NCBI GenBank assembly: GCA_964648715.1
Contig: CAZYNM010000002.1
Location: 25,056 to 89,055, forward strand
Origin: an uncultured Pseudomonadales bacterium
Lineage (GTDB): Bacteria > Patescibacteriota > Microgenomatia > UBA1400 > PJMF01
Direction of reading: 5' to 3'
DNA: 64,000 nucleotides
The position numbers and the translations under genes were made by a program. Below, one piece after another: positions 1 to 9,110 of this stretch (the first letter of the stretch is position 1; every line of letters begins with the position of its first letter). The notes under the pieces were generated by a model. It saw nothing but the letters and a program-made list of their open reading frames with translations, made no database searches and had not been told where the DNA came from.

Positions 1-1
1 A

Positions 2-412
2 TTTGACATCGCAAATAGTATTGGGACACCTGTCTATGCACCTTTTCCAGGGAAGGTATGTGACAAAGGCACTGATACAAAGCCCAGTGGTGGCTACGGT
101 CGCTATGCAAGCCTTGAGTTTTCTATGGGGTCTGCGACAGGTTTAGTTTTGTATTTTGGGCACTTTGCTCAGGGTCCAATGGAAGTGAGCGACGGTTTTG
201 ATAGCAGTCGCTGCAAGATGGTTAATCCGGGAGATATTATTGGTAAAATGGATGATACTGGCTATTCATTTGGCTCACACTTGCACTACGAACTACTTCG
301 TAACAGCCACGGTGTAAAATTGAAAGATCTTATTTTGGATTCGCCCCAAGTCATGAATAACTTTAATTCTGGTAAAGCAGTGTTTGTTAACCACTGTTTC
401 CCAGGAAAGTAA
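2..412 (+). CDS. M23 family peptidoglycan endopeptidase, C-terminal part (5' end lies outside the window)
   Basis: Reading frame is open from position 2: FDIANSIGTPVYAPFPGKV...GGYGRYASLEF...GDIIGKMDDTGYSFGSHLHYEL matches the M23/LytM catalytic core (xDI...GTPVxA, GYG, HLHYE). The track ORF 125..412 is the internal Met only. Confidence 0.7.
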   Translation, partial: FDIANSIGTPVYAPFPGKVCDKGTDTKPSGGYGRYASLEFSMGSATGLVLYFGHFAQGPMEVSDGFDSSRCKMVNPGDIIGKMDDTGYSFGSHLHYELLRNSHGVKLKDLILDSPQVMNNFNSGKAVFVNHCFPGK

Positions 413-416
413 CCAC

Positions 417-1409
417 ATGGAGTATATTGTTCAAGATCCAGTTCAACAAAAAAAACCAATCCCCTGGTTAGTTTATTTATTAGGAATAGTACTCATATTC
501 CTTGCTTTTAATTACGTATTAGCTTTCTTTACACCAAAAGGAGTGCCAGAACAGCCACTCCTCAGTACAAACTATGACGACACGAGCACGGCATTCTCTG
601 CAATTACGTATAGCGGAGTTCCTCCACAACTACCTTCTACACTACCAATCGCACAAGTGAGTACCACCTATAGTGACGCAGATGGATTTGAGAAGCGCGT
701 AAAAGATACCTATACTCTCAAACCTTTCCCTCAAATTTCAAACATGTGGGAGAGTGCTGAGTATTCACTCACTAAGCTGTCTCAACCAACACAATATATT
801 CTTATACGAAAAAATACAGAGCCGATTAACAAGACGATCATTGTTTCTGACGCACTAAGCACAGCACAAAAAGCGGTGAGTCAATTGTTTCCAGAAGAAA
901 AACTATCACCCATTAGTCAAACAGTAAAATTGTATCGTGTTCTTGATACTCCACACCCCGAACCAGCAGATCAACAAACAGCGAACTCTCTTGAAGTTTC
1001 TTTTGGCTACCAGTTGGGTCCCTATCCTGTTTTCTATCGAAAGGACTACACCTATCCTGTTACCATAATTGTGACTGCAGACGGGAAAGTTGGTAAAGTA
1101 ACGACCCAGCCATTTACTGCTGTTTTTTCAGAAAAAGGGAGTTATAAAACTGTCACGCTGAGCGAAGCATTAAAAAACATTGAGGCTGGAGATGGCGCAA
1201 TTATCTATCAGTCATTTCTAGGTTCAGGAACCCCATCGCTTAAAACCATATTACACGGTACGTTTACCTCTGTTTCACTTGAATATCGTGCTGACGAAAG
1301 CTCTGATTATCTGGTCCCTTACTACCGATTAAAAGGGACACTCACAAACAATGAAAATATTGATTTTGAAGCAGAAGTTATTACTCCCGCAATTCCAATA
1401 AAGCGGTAA
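417..1409 (+). CDS. Hypothetical membrane-anchored protein (one N-terminal TM helix, large extracytoplasmic domain)
   Basis: Track ORF 384..1409 begins at a TTG. The ATG at 417 lies 5 nt after the M23 stop and is preceded by GGAAAG. TM helix PIPWLVYLLGIVLIFLAFNYVLAFF. No recognisable catalytic motif. Confidence 0.5.
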   Translation: MEYIVQDPVQQKKPIPWLVYLLGIVLIFLAFNYVLAFFTPKGVPEQPLLSTNYDDTSTAFSAITYSGVPPQLPSTLPIAQVSTTYSDADGFEKRVKDTYTLKPFPQISNMWESAEYSLTKLSQPTQYILIRKNTEPINKTIIVSDALSTAQKAVSQLFPEEKLSPISQTVKLYRVLDTPHPEPADQQTANSLEVSFGYQLGPYPVFYRKDYTYPVTIIVTADGKVGKVTTQPFTAVFSEKGSYKTVTLSEALKNIEAGDGAIIYQSFLGSGTPSLKTILHGTFTSVSLEYRADESSDYLVPYYRLKGTLTNNENIDFEAEVITPAIPIKR

Positions 1410-1426
1410 AATAATAGGTGCTGCCC

Positions 1427-2611
1427 ATGAAAGAACACCCAATCCCGCAAGATATCACCAACTACCGCTTCCATATCGTGGGAAGCATGACACTCAAACA
1501 GTTTGGTGAGGTTGCAGCTGGTGTTGTCATTGCTTTTGTACTCTACAATACAAGTCTCATTGGCATTCTAAAGTGGCCACTTATAGCTATTTTTGCTCTT
1601 GGCGGCGCTGCCGCCGCCTTTGTTCCCATTGAAGAACGTCCTTTAAGCCATTGGATACAGACATTTATTGGTATTCTGTACCGGCCCACCCAGTTTTTTT
1701 GGAAACGCTCGTATAACATACCCGCACCTTTTTTGTTCAAAGGGAACGCAGAACAAGTTGTGCAGCTTAAGGAAATTGATTTAACACCAGCTCGTCGGCA
1801 ACGAATTAAAGAATTCATTTCTTCAACCCACGAACTTGAATCACATTCTTACACAGATGATGAAGTCACAAAAATGAACTCAGTCCTGACCTTGTTTGCT
1901 GATACAACTGTACGAGTACAGACTCGCTCAAAAGCAAGAGAAGTTGAAAAGCCCAGTCTTGAGGTTCGTGTACGCAGTATGCGTCAATTACATACCACTG
2001 AGATTGCATTGCCACATTCTGATGATCACGTTGCAATAAATGCACTTGATGGTGGAATTCGTATTGAAGATACCTACACCTTAGAAGATGTTGCTGCAAC
2101 CCGCGAGTACTCAGATAAGAAAACTGCTTACCTTGATCCATCACAAGTAGCACAATCACTACAAGTTCCTGAAATTGAAACAGTTAATCTTGATGTAAAA
2201 GTACTAACAGATGAAGCAGAAGCGTTGAGAAATCAACAAATATATTCTGGCGAGAGAGCCTTCAGTCCACAAACAGCACCAGAAAATAAGCCTGTGGCTG
2301 CCACAGAAACCGCGCTGTTTAATGCGACACTCCCGTTCCCAACAAAACCCAGTGTCCCCAATAAACTTGTGGGTATGGTTCTCACTCCACACAATGAGCT
2401 TATACCAGGTGCAATTGTTGAGATTAAAACATTGGAGGGACACGTTATTCGGGCTGTAAAAACAAACGCACTTGGCCAGTTCTTCATTACCACCCCACTC
2501 CTCAATGGGCAGTATGTAGTGAATGTTGAAAAAGATGGAAAATCCTTTATTCCTCAGTCTGTGGTGCTTGTGGGCGAAGTTGTAGAACCGCTTGAGATTC
2601 GTAGCAGTTAA
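1427..2611 (+). CDS. PrgI/VirB3-like T4SS membrane protein fused to a C-terminal carboxypeptidase-regulatory-like beta-sandwich domain
   Basis: N-terminus (ITNYRFHIVGSMTLKQFGEVAAGVVIAFVLY...WPLIAIFALGGAAAAFVPIE) fits the PrgI family pattern (short cytoplasmic lead, two TM helices). C-terminus (VGMVLTPHNELIPGAIVEIKTLEGHVIRAVKTNALGQFFITTPLLNGQYVVNVEKDGKSF) fits a CarboxypepD_reg-like fold. ATG at 1427 preferred over the GTG at 1418 (AGGTG 7 nt upstream). Confidence 0.5.
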   Translation: MKEHPIPQDITNYRFHIVGSMTLKQFGEVAAGVVIAFVLYNTSLIGILKWPLIAIFALGGAAAAFVPIEERPLSHWIQTFIGILYRPTQFFWKRSYNIPAPFLFKGNAEQVVQLKEIDLTPARRQRIKEFISSTHELESHSYTDDEVTKMNSVLTLFADTTVRVQTRSKAREVEKPSLEVRVRSMRQLHTTEIALPHSDDHVAINALDGGIRIEDTYTLEDVAATREYSDKKTAYLDPSQVAQSLQVPEIETVNLDVKVLTDEAEALRNQQIYSGERAFSPQTAPENKPVAATETALFNATLPFPTKPSVPNKLVGMVLTPHNELIPGAIVEIKTLEGHVIRAVKTNALGQFFITTPLLNGQYVVNVEKDGKSFIPQSVVLVGEVVEPLEIRSS

Positions 2612-2641
2612 AAATAGCCAAATACACGGTATACTAAACGT

Positions 2642-3613
2642 ATGTCTGAAGTTATCCAATCAACTACTCAGCAATTTTTGGATATATTTGATATAACCAA
2701 TAATTACGTCATCATGAAGGACGGAACCGCATCCGTTATCTTAACAGTTGATGCCATGAACTTTGGTTTGCTCGCTGAAGAGGAACAAGATGCCATTATG
2801 TATGCATATGCAGGACTCCTCAATTCGCTCAACTATCCTATCCAAATCTTAGTGCAGTCGCGCACAAAAGACGTAACAGCATACCTCAAACTACTTCAAG
2901 AACAAGAGGTGTCCACTGATAACCAGACAATGCAGCACAGAATACGCATGTATCGTGAGTTTGTAAGTAATTTAATTCATGAACGGAATGTGCTTGATAA
3001 GAAATTCTACGTAGTCATACCCGCCACAGCCATTGAAATGGGCATTGCTTCAGTAAAAGGACTTCTTCCTGGTCAAGCCCAGGTTGATCTTTCTACAGTA
3101 GAACGATCAGTCTTACTAGAAAAAGCACAAAACCTTCTTGATCCCAAGAGGGATCATTTAATCGCACAATTTGCACGCATTGGTTTGTATTCAAGACAGC
3201 TCAATACTCAAGAAATTATTCAGCTCTTCTACGTTCGGTACAATCCTGAGGCAGCAGAAGGTCAACAGATAGGAGAAAGTAGCAGCTACACCACACCATT
3301 GGTGAAAGCAAGTATGCAAGGTGCAGCTATAGCCGCAATCACTCAAGCGTCACAATTGGGTACTCCACAAGAGAGTACTACGGCATCACTTGTGAACACG
3401 CCAGATATACAACCCCCACAAGAATACTATGAACCTGCTCAACCCACTTTTGAACAACCTGAGGTATTACCACCAGTACAACCAATAGAAGAAATCCTGC
3501 CTCCACAAGTAGACACACCGCAACCAGTGGCTACAGAAGAGCTTCAACCTCTTTTCCCCTCTGTTGATGAAGCACCAGCCCCTGCCCTTCCCCCTCTACC
3601 TGAAATAAAGTAA
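2642..3613 (+). CDS. Hypothetical T4SS-associated protein; N-terminal ~100 aa reminiscent of the N-domain of VirB4/TrbE/PrgJ ATPases; P/Q-rich C-terminal tail
   Basis: DIFDITNNYVIMKDGTASVILTVDAMNFGLLAEEEQDAI...YPIQILVQSRTKDV resembles the conserved N-terminal segment of CagE/TrbE/VirB4. It sits directly upstream of the VirB4 ATPase gene. No P-loop. Confidence 0.4.
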   Translation: MSEVIQSTTQQFLDIFDITNNYVIMKDGTASVILTVDAMNFGLLAEEEQDAIMYAYAGLLNSLNYPIQILVQSRTKDVTAYLKLLQEQEVSTDNQTMQHRIRMYREFVSNLIHERNVLDKKFYVVIPATAIEMGIASVKGLLPGQAQVDLSTVERSVLLEKAQNLLDPKRDHLIAQFARIGLYSRQLNTQEIIQLFYVRYNPEAAEGQQIGESSSYTTPLVKASMQGAAIAAITQASQLGTPQESTTASLVNTPDIQPPQEYYEPAQPTFEQPEVLPPVQPIEEILPPQVDTPQPVATEELQPLFPSVDEAPAPALPPLPEIK

Positions 3614-3654
3614 GGCTTTGCTATTCGCTGTGTAGATAGGGTAAAATAGAAGTA

Positions 3655-5655
3655 ATGCCTAGTTTGTTGCCCACACTACCGCTGCCATTTCTTGGTAAGA
3701 AAAAACAAGAACCTACCTTAACGCCAGAACAACTCCAAGAAGAAAAAAACATGGAGAAGCTGCGTCAATTTTCTCGGGGACTCGTTACAATCCAGGATAT
3801 CATTGCACCAGAAGCTATTGAGGTAGACTTCACGTTTCAAAAAATTAATTCAACCTATACACGCACACTTTTTGTTGCAGGCTATCCACGCAGTGTTCCG
3901 GCCAACTGGCTTGCTCCGCTCATTAATTATCCCCATCAGATTACAACCAGCATGTTTGTATTTCCCGTTGATTCAGCAGAAATTCTTGACAACCTTAAGC
4001 GCAAAATCACCGAAATGGAAGCTGAAATTCAGTCAGATTTACGCGCAGGTAAGATTAGTAACATCAATACAGAAGTCAAACTCGAAGATGCCCGTTTTAT
4101 ACGTGAAGAGCTCGCAAAAGGATCAGAGCGGTTCTTCCAATTTGGCTTATATGTAACTATTCAAGCAAAAGACAAAGAAGAGCTTGATAGAGTCACCAAA
4201 AGTATTCAGTCAACACTCGGCGCTCTTTTGATTGTATCCAAAAAAGCCACTCTACAAATGGACGAAGGCTTCAAAACTACGCTCCCCATGGGAACCGATA
4301 AGTTACTGGTTACCCGTAACATGGATACTACTTCACTCGCTACGACATTTCCCTTTACTTCATCTGAGCTCACCATGGAGTCTGGCATTATGTATGGCAT
4401 CAATGAGCACAACGACTCTCTTGTCATCTTTGATCGCTTCAAAATGGAAAATGCGAACATGGTAATATTTGCTAAATCTGGTGCGGGTAAGTCATACACT
4501 GTCAAACTAGAGATTTTGCGCCAACTCATGTTTGGTGCTGAAGTAATTGTTATGGACCCCGAACATGAATATGAAGATCTCACAAAAGCAGTTGATGGTG
4601 AATACATTAATTTCACGTTTAACTCTAAATCAAAAATTAATCCCTTTGATCTAGCTAATCTGTACGAAGAAGGAGAAAATGAATTGGGACAAAAAATAAT
4701 CTCACTTCATGGACTTCTTAAAGTTATGTTGGGCGAGATGACTCCTCAGCAAGATGCCCTTCTTGATAGAGCGCTCGTTGCTGCCTATAAAGCCAAGGGT
4801 ATTACTCCCGATCCAGGGACTCAAAACAATGAACCCCCACTCATGGAGGATGTCTACAAAGCATTGATAGGCATGGAAAGCAAAGATGCAGACGATATTT
4901 CAGCTCGTTTAGAGAAGTTTATCACTGGTTCTTTTAGAGGTATATTTGATCAAAAATCAAATATAGATTTAACAAAACAACTCACTGTTTTTTCGGTAAA
5001 AGAAATGGAAGAAGAGATGCGTCCAATTGCTATGTATATTATCTTGGACTTTATCTGGACACGTGTACGAAAATCAATGAAAAAACGCTTACTTATTATT
5101 GATGAGGCTTGGTATTTTATGAAACACCCAGATTCTGCCTCATTTATTTATTCTATGGTGAAGAGAGCTCGTAAATATTACTTAGGGATCACTACGATCA
5201 CTCAAGACGTTGAAGACTTTTTACATACTGATTTCGGAAAAGCTATTGTTACCAATGCATCAATTCAGTTTCTTATGAAACAATCGACAGCATCTATTCC
5301 TGTGCTGGCTGAAACCTTTTACCTTTCACAAGGTGAACGGCAACTTTTGGTAACTGCAGATGTTGGTGAAGGAATTTTCTTTGCTGGACAAAACCATGTT
5401 GCTTTGCGTGTTGTCGCAAGCGATGAAGAACACACCCTTATCACTACCAATCCAGAAGAAGTTATGGCCCGTAAACAAACAATTCTCCAGCAAAGAACTA
5501 CTGTTACCATGCAGCAGCCTATTGCCCAAGCTCCTGTACAGACAGTCCAACCTATTGCAAAAGCAACGGTCCAACAAGCTTCCCAACCAGCCCAGCCCCG
5601 TCAATTAACATCATACGACTCAATTGAGAACTACGTTCCACCTCAAAGATCATAG
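3655..5655 (+). CDS. virB4: VirB4/TrbE/CagE-family type IV secretion ATPase
   Basis: N-domain pattern (TRTLFVAGYPRSVPANWLAPL), Walker A FAKSGAGKSYT, Walker B LLIIDEAWYF, 666 aa. Confidence 0.75.
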   Translation: MPSLLPTLPLPFLGKKKQEPTLTPEQLQEEKNMEKLRQFSRGLVTIQDIIAPEAIEVDFTFQKINSTYTRTLFVAGYPRSVPANWLAPLINYPHQITTSMFVFPVDSAEILDNLKRKITEMEAEIQSDLRAGKISNINTEVKLEDARFIREELAKGSERFFQFGLYVTIQAKDKEELDRVTKSIQSTLGALLIVSKKATLQMDEGFKTTLPMGTDKLLVTRNMDTTSLATTFPFTSSELTMESGIMYGINEHNDSLVIFDRFKMENANMVIFAKSGAGKSYTVKLEILRQLMFGAEVIVMDPEHEYEDLTKAVDGEYINFTFNSKSKINPFDLANLYEEGENELGQKIISLHGLLKVMLGEMTPQQDALLDRALVAAYKAKGITPDPGTQNNEPPLMEDVYKALIGMESKDADDISARLEKFITGSFRGIFDQKSNIDLTKQLTVFSVKEMEEEMRPIAMYIILDFIWTRVRKSMKKRLLIIDEAWYFMKHPDSASFIYSMVKRARKYYLGITTITQDVEDFLHTDFGKAIVTNASIQFLMKQSTASIPVLAETFYLSQGERQLLVTADVGEGIFFAGQNHVALRVVASDEEHTLITTNPEEVMARKQTILQQRTTVTMQQPIAQAPVQTVQPIAKATVQQASQPAQPRQLTSYDSIENYVPPQRS

Positions 5656-5669
5656 AATTTCCCCCTTGC

Positions 5670-5720
5670 GCTGTGGGGAAAACTCTGTGTATAACTACAG
5701 TACTTTCCTTGCCACAAACA
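5670..5720. promoter_or_regulatory. DnaA-box-like 9-mers upstream of dnaA (TGTGGGGAA at 5673..5681, TGTGTATAA at 5686..5694)
   Basis: Reverse complements TTCCCCACA and TTATACACA match the TTATnCACA DnaA-box pattern at 7 or 8 of 9 positions; typical autoregulatory placement. Confidence 0.35.
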
Positions 5721-5743
5721 GTAGTATGTAGGATCAGAGGTGT

Positions 5744-7213
5744 ATGTCTCGTGATATTATTTCTCTTTGGAACCAATATTGTGCTGAGATAACCACAAAA
5801 GTGAGTCCAGCGGTTTACAACACTTGGATTCTTTCCAACCCCATCACTGATTATTCTGACCAGAATTTGAATTCACGAGTTACTATTACCTGCCCCACTG
5901 CATTTCATGCGACTAATTTACAAAAGAACCTTCACATGACAATACAGTCTGTCCTTGAAGGCGTACTGGGTAAGCCATGTACTATACAATATGAAGTGGG
6001 AGACCCCATTGCACAGAAGAAAGAGCATAATGCACAACCTTCATCTGCAACGACACCCCCTCTTCTCGACCCCTTTACTCATTTTTCTCAGGCTCAGACG
6101 CAATCACCTCGAGTTGAAGAACTTTTTTCACAGCATACGCTTCAGTCTGCACAAGAAGATAGATTTCAACTTCAAGCACGAACAATTGGTCTACGAACAG
6201 ACTATACGTTTGCGACCTTTGCTGTCTCAACAACCAACGAGATGGCGCATGCTGCAGCTACTGCTGTGTCTAATAGGCCCGGACTTTCCTATAATCCACT
6301 TTTCCTGTATGGAGGTGTTGGTGTTGGAAAAACACATCTAATGCACGCTATTGGCAGTAATATCTTACAAGCCAATCCTATGACCAAGATTATCTATTGC
6401 ACTGGAGAAGAATTTACCAACGACATTGTGCATGCCATTCAGACAAAGAAAGCGACTTCATTTAAAGATAAGTTTCGTTCTCCCAATGTTCTTTTAATAG
6501 ATGACATCCAGTTCATAGCAGGTAAAAATGCCGTACAAGAAGAATTTTTTCATACATTCAACGCGCTTATTAAGCAGCAAAGCCAGGTAGTACTCACCTC
6601 AGACCGACCTCCACATGAAATCACGTTATTGGAAGACCGTCTTCGTTCCCGCTTTGAAGCTGGCTTAATGATTGATATCCAGCAACCATCATTTGAGTTA
6701 CGAACCGCAATTGTGTTGGTAAAAGCCAAGGCACAAATGATTGCTATGTCTATAGATATGGCAAAAATTATTGCATCCAAAGTAGAAAGTGCTCGCAAGA
6801 TCGAAGGAGTGATTACAAGTATTCGTTCAGCAATAGAGTTACGTCATAGAAGCTTGGATGCAGATTTACTTGATGAACTTTTACAGTCAGAAATAGAAAC
6901 TAAACGAAATAGAATCAAAGTTGCTCCTGCTGACGTAATTAAGACGGTTGCCAATCACTATCATATAAAACAAGCATCATTAAAGGGAACAAGTCGTCTA
7001 AAAAATTTAGTTACTGCACGTCATATTGCCATGTATCTGTTAAAAAAAGAGCTTTCACTTCCCTTGGTTGAGATTGGCCGTTGGTTTACCGGCAGAGATC
7101 ATACCAGTGTTCTACATGCTGTCAAAAAAATTGAAAAAGACATTGTTTTTGACGAACAATTAAAACAAGATATTTCCGCTCTTCAAACAACCCTTTCTGC
7201 TATTTCAAGATAG
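5744..7213 (+). CDS. dnaA: Chromosomal replication initiator protein DnaA
   Basis: AAA+ Walker A LFLYGGVGVGKTHLMHAIG; LLIDDIQFIAGKNAVQEEFFHTFNAL; sensor/box VIII LTSDRPP; C-terminal DNA-binding domain (RHIAMYLLKKELSLPLVEIGRWFTGRDHTSVLHAVKKI). RBS AGAGG upstream. Confidence 0.95.
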   Translation: MSRDIISLWNQYCAEITTKVSPAVYNTWILSNPITDYSDQNLNSRVTITCPTAFHATNLQKNLHMTIQSVLEGVLGKPCTIQYEVGDPIAQKKEHNAQPSSATTPPLLDPFTHFSQAQTQSPRVEELFSQHTLQSAQEDRFQLQARTIGLRTDYTFATFAVSTTNEMAHAAATAVSNRPGLSYNPLFLYGGVGVGKTHLMHAIGSNILQANPMTKIIYCTGEEFTNDIVHAIQTKKATSFKDKFRSPNVLLIDDIQFIAGKNAVQEEFFHTFNALIKQQSQVVLTSDRPPHEITLLEDRLRSRFEAGLMIDIQQPSFELRTAIVLVKAKAQMIAMSIDMAKIIASKVESARKIEGVITSIRSAIELRHRSLDADLLDELLQSEIETKRNRIKVAPADVIKTVANHYHIKQASLKGTSRLKNLVTARHIAMYLLKKELSLPLVEIGRWFTGRDHTSVLHAVKKIEKDIVFDEQLKQDISALQTTLSAISR

Positions 7214-7487
7214 AGGTTATGCACAGATGTGCATAACACTGTGCAGAACTACACAACAGCCTGTGAAAAAAAATAGTACTTATGCACTGCTTACACAGTT
7301 TTAAAAGTTGTTCACAAAATACTCCCCACATTGTGCACAGAGAAATACACAGATAGCACCAGGTCATATTCACAGGCTGTACACAGTAGTATTTCCAGAT
7401 GTATACTAGGGCATTCTCCACATTTTCCGACTGCCCTACTATTACTACAACTAATATATAGTAAGAAAAATAGAGAAAAGAACTTTC
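7202..7487. promoter_or_regulatory. oriC candidate (dnaA-dnaN intergenic): cluster of DnaA-box-like 9-mers plus AT-rich unwinding tract
   Basis: TTATGCACA at 7207..7215 and its inverted partner TGTGCATAA at 7218..7226 form a near-perfect palindrome TTATGCACAGATGTGCATAA. Further boxes: TGTGCAGAA at 7230..7238, TTATGCACT near 7280, TTGTTCACA near 7310, TTGTGCACA near 7332, TGTACACAG near 7378. AT-rich stretch ACTAATATATAGTAAGAAAAATAGAGAAAAG immediately upstream of dnaN. Confidence 0.6.
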
Positions 7488-8594
7488 ATGCAATTTCATA
7501 TACAACAAAAAGAATTAGAGCGTGCATTGAACTTCCTCCAAAAGGCAATTCCTGCTCGTCCACAATTGCCAGTACTTTCTGCTCTGCTCATTACCACTAC
7601 GAAAGATACGTGTAGTATTGCCGCAACAGATCTGTATTTTGGAGTACGGGTAACTATGCCAATTACTGAATCACAAGAGGGTTCTGTAGCTGTTCCGGGG
7701 AAAGAGTTCAGAGAACTTATTCAGTCTTTGCCTTCAACTGCAACTGTACAACTCACCTTGAATGAGAATACAGTGACTCTAACTGCTGGAAAGATTAGAT
7801 GCACGTTACAATGCCTGGATAGTAAAGATTATCCAGCTTTTCCAGAACTATCTGGTGAGACCATCTCACTCAGTAGTACATTACTTCAACAAGTTGTTAA
7901 GTATGTAACCCAAAGCACTTCGCTAGATCAAGCACGCCCGCTGCTAACTGGTATTCTCTTCTCTTTTTCTGATAGCACAGTCCGTTGTGTAGGAACAGAT
8001 GGCTTTCGTCTGTCTATTCTTGATGCTGAAAGTATGAGCTCTTATGCAGAATCATTTATATTGCCAGCCAAGACCCTTGCAGAAGCTGTTAGAATCATTG
8101 ACCAGTTATCAGTTTCAGAGGCTGTTTTGACCATCTCCAAGACCCTTAAACAAGTGTATTGCACAGCAGAGGGGGTTGAGATTTTTATGCGTTTGCTAGA
8201 AGGTGAATATCCTCCGTACCAAAAAATAATCCCTGTTACTCATGCTACAGAGCTAGTTGTGTCTGCAGAAGTTCTTATAGAACAAGTGAAACGGGCACTA
8301 ATCTACTCGCGAGATTCTTCAAGCGTGATTACTTTTTCTATAACAGAGCAACACTGCAGTATCTCAGCAACATCTTCCACTCTAGGTAACTACCATGCAG
8401 AAGTAGAAGAAGCTCAAGTAAAAGGTACTGATGTTACTATCTCATTTAAAGCAAAGTACTTGCTCGATTTTTTAAGTACAGTTCCTGATTCAGATATCTG
8501 GATGGGAATGAACGAAAGTCTCAAACCTGTGCTCTTCAAAGCACAAAAAGTGTCGAACCTCCAGTATGTTGTTATGCCCTTCCGAGTAACGTAA
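7488..8594 (+). CDS. dnaN: DNA polymerase III beta subunit (sliding clamp)
   Basis: MQFHIQQKELERALNFLQKAIPARPQLPVLSALLITT...; three-domain length of 368 aa; canonical position after dnaA. Confidence 0.9.
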   Translation: MQFHIQQKELERALNFLQKAIPARPQLPVLSALLITTTKDTCSIAATDLYFGVRVTMPITESQEGSVAVPGKEFRELIQSLPSTATVQLTLNENTVTLTAGKIRCTLQCLDSKDYPAFPELSGETISLSSTLLQQVVKYVTQSTSLDQARPLLTGILFSFSDSTVRCVGTDGFRLSILDAESMSSYAESFILPAKTLAEAVRIIDQLSVSEAVLTISKTLKQVYCTAEGVEIFMRLLEGEYPPYQKIIPVTHATELVVSAEVLIEQVKRALIYSRDSSSVITFSITEQHCSISATSSTLGNYHAEVEEAQVKGTDVTISFKAKYLLDFLSTVPDSDIWMGMNESLKPVLFKAQKVSNLQYVVMPFRVT

Positions 8595-8617
8595 TCATCT
8601 GATATACTACGCATCTT

Positions 8618-8755
8618 ATGACAAAACGAACGTGGAACCCTAAAAAAAGAAAACGAGCTCGAACACACGGCTTTTTACGCCGTATGAAAAGCGTGGGTGG
8701 TATGAAGGTGCTTAAACGACGCCGCGCCAAAGGTCGTGCACGGCTTGCTGTATAA
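8618..8755 (+). CDS. rpmH: 50S ribosomal protein L34
   Basis: Manual translation gives [45 protein letters not shown] (45 aa), the classic L34 sequence. Absent from the supplied ORF track because it is under 60 aa. Confidence 0.85.
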   Translation: MTKRTWNPKKRKRARTHGFLRRMKSVGGMKVLKRRRAKGRARLAV

Positions 8756-8759
8756 CTCC

Positions 8760-9110
8760 ATGGTAGCACGGCAGAAAAAAGTACCGCTGAGAACAATCCC
8801 TCAGTATTTTTCATTGGCTCAAAAAAGAAAAGTTGGAAGATTGATACTCTATGTAGTACCAACAACTACAAGAAGAGTGCGTTTCTCCTGTATCATATCT
8901 TCTCAGAAACAATCATTTACAGCGGTAGAACGAAATAGAATTAAGCGCTTGCTGTACAGGGGGATCGAAGATCTGCTTACTATGAAACTAGTGTATAATC
9001 TTGACATTGTCTGCGTCGCATTTTGTGCTCCCACAGTGCAAGAGCTACAGTCAATACGCCATGAAATATCTCTTCTTGCCGTATCACCTACTCCGAGTAT
9101 TCAGGCATAG
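8760..9110 (+). CDS. rnpA: Ribonuclease P protein component
   Basis: Basic protein with RnpA signature ...RNRIKRLLYRGIED...; canonical rpmH-rnpA adjacency. ATG at 8760 chosen, 4 nt after the rpmH stop; the track ORF starts earlier at 8736. Confidence 0.8.
   Translation: MVARQKKVPLRTIPQYFSLAQKRKVGRLILYVVPTTTRRVRFSCIISSQKQSFTAVERNRIKRLLYRGIEDLLTMKLVYNLDIVCVAFCAPTVQELQSIRHEISLLAVSPTPSIQA

Noticed and set aside
384-1418. Track start coordinates 384 (TTG) and 1418 (GTG) for the first two T4SS-region genes
   Set aside because: Nearby in-frame ATGs (417, 1427) with better spacing from Shine-Dalgarno-like sequences and no overlap with the upstream stop are more plausible. The reported coordinates use the ATGs.
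1543-2659. Minus-strand ORFs 1543..1818, 1866..2159, 2204..2659, 2233..2505 antisense to the PrgI-like gene
   Set aside because: Overlap a plus-strand gene with recognisable domain content. Products are Cys/His/Arg-rich low-complexity, typical of antisense artefacts.
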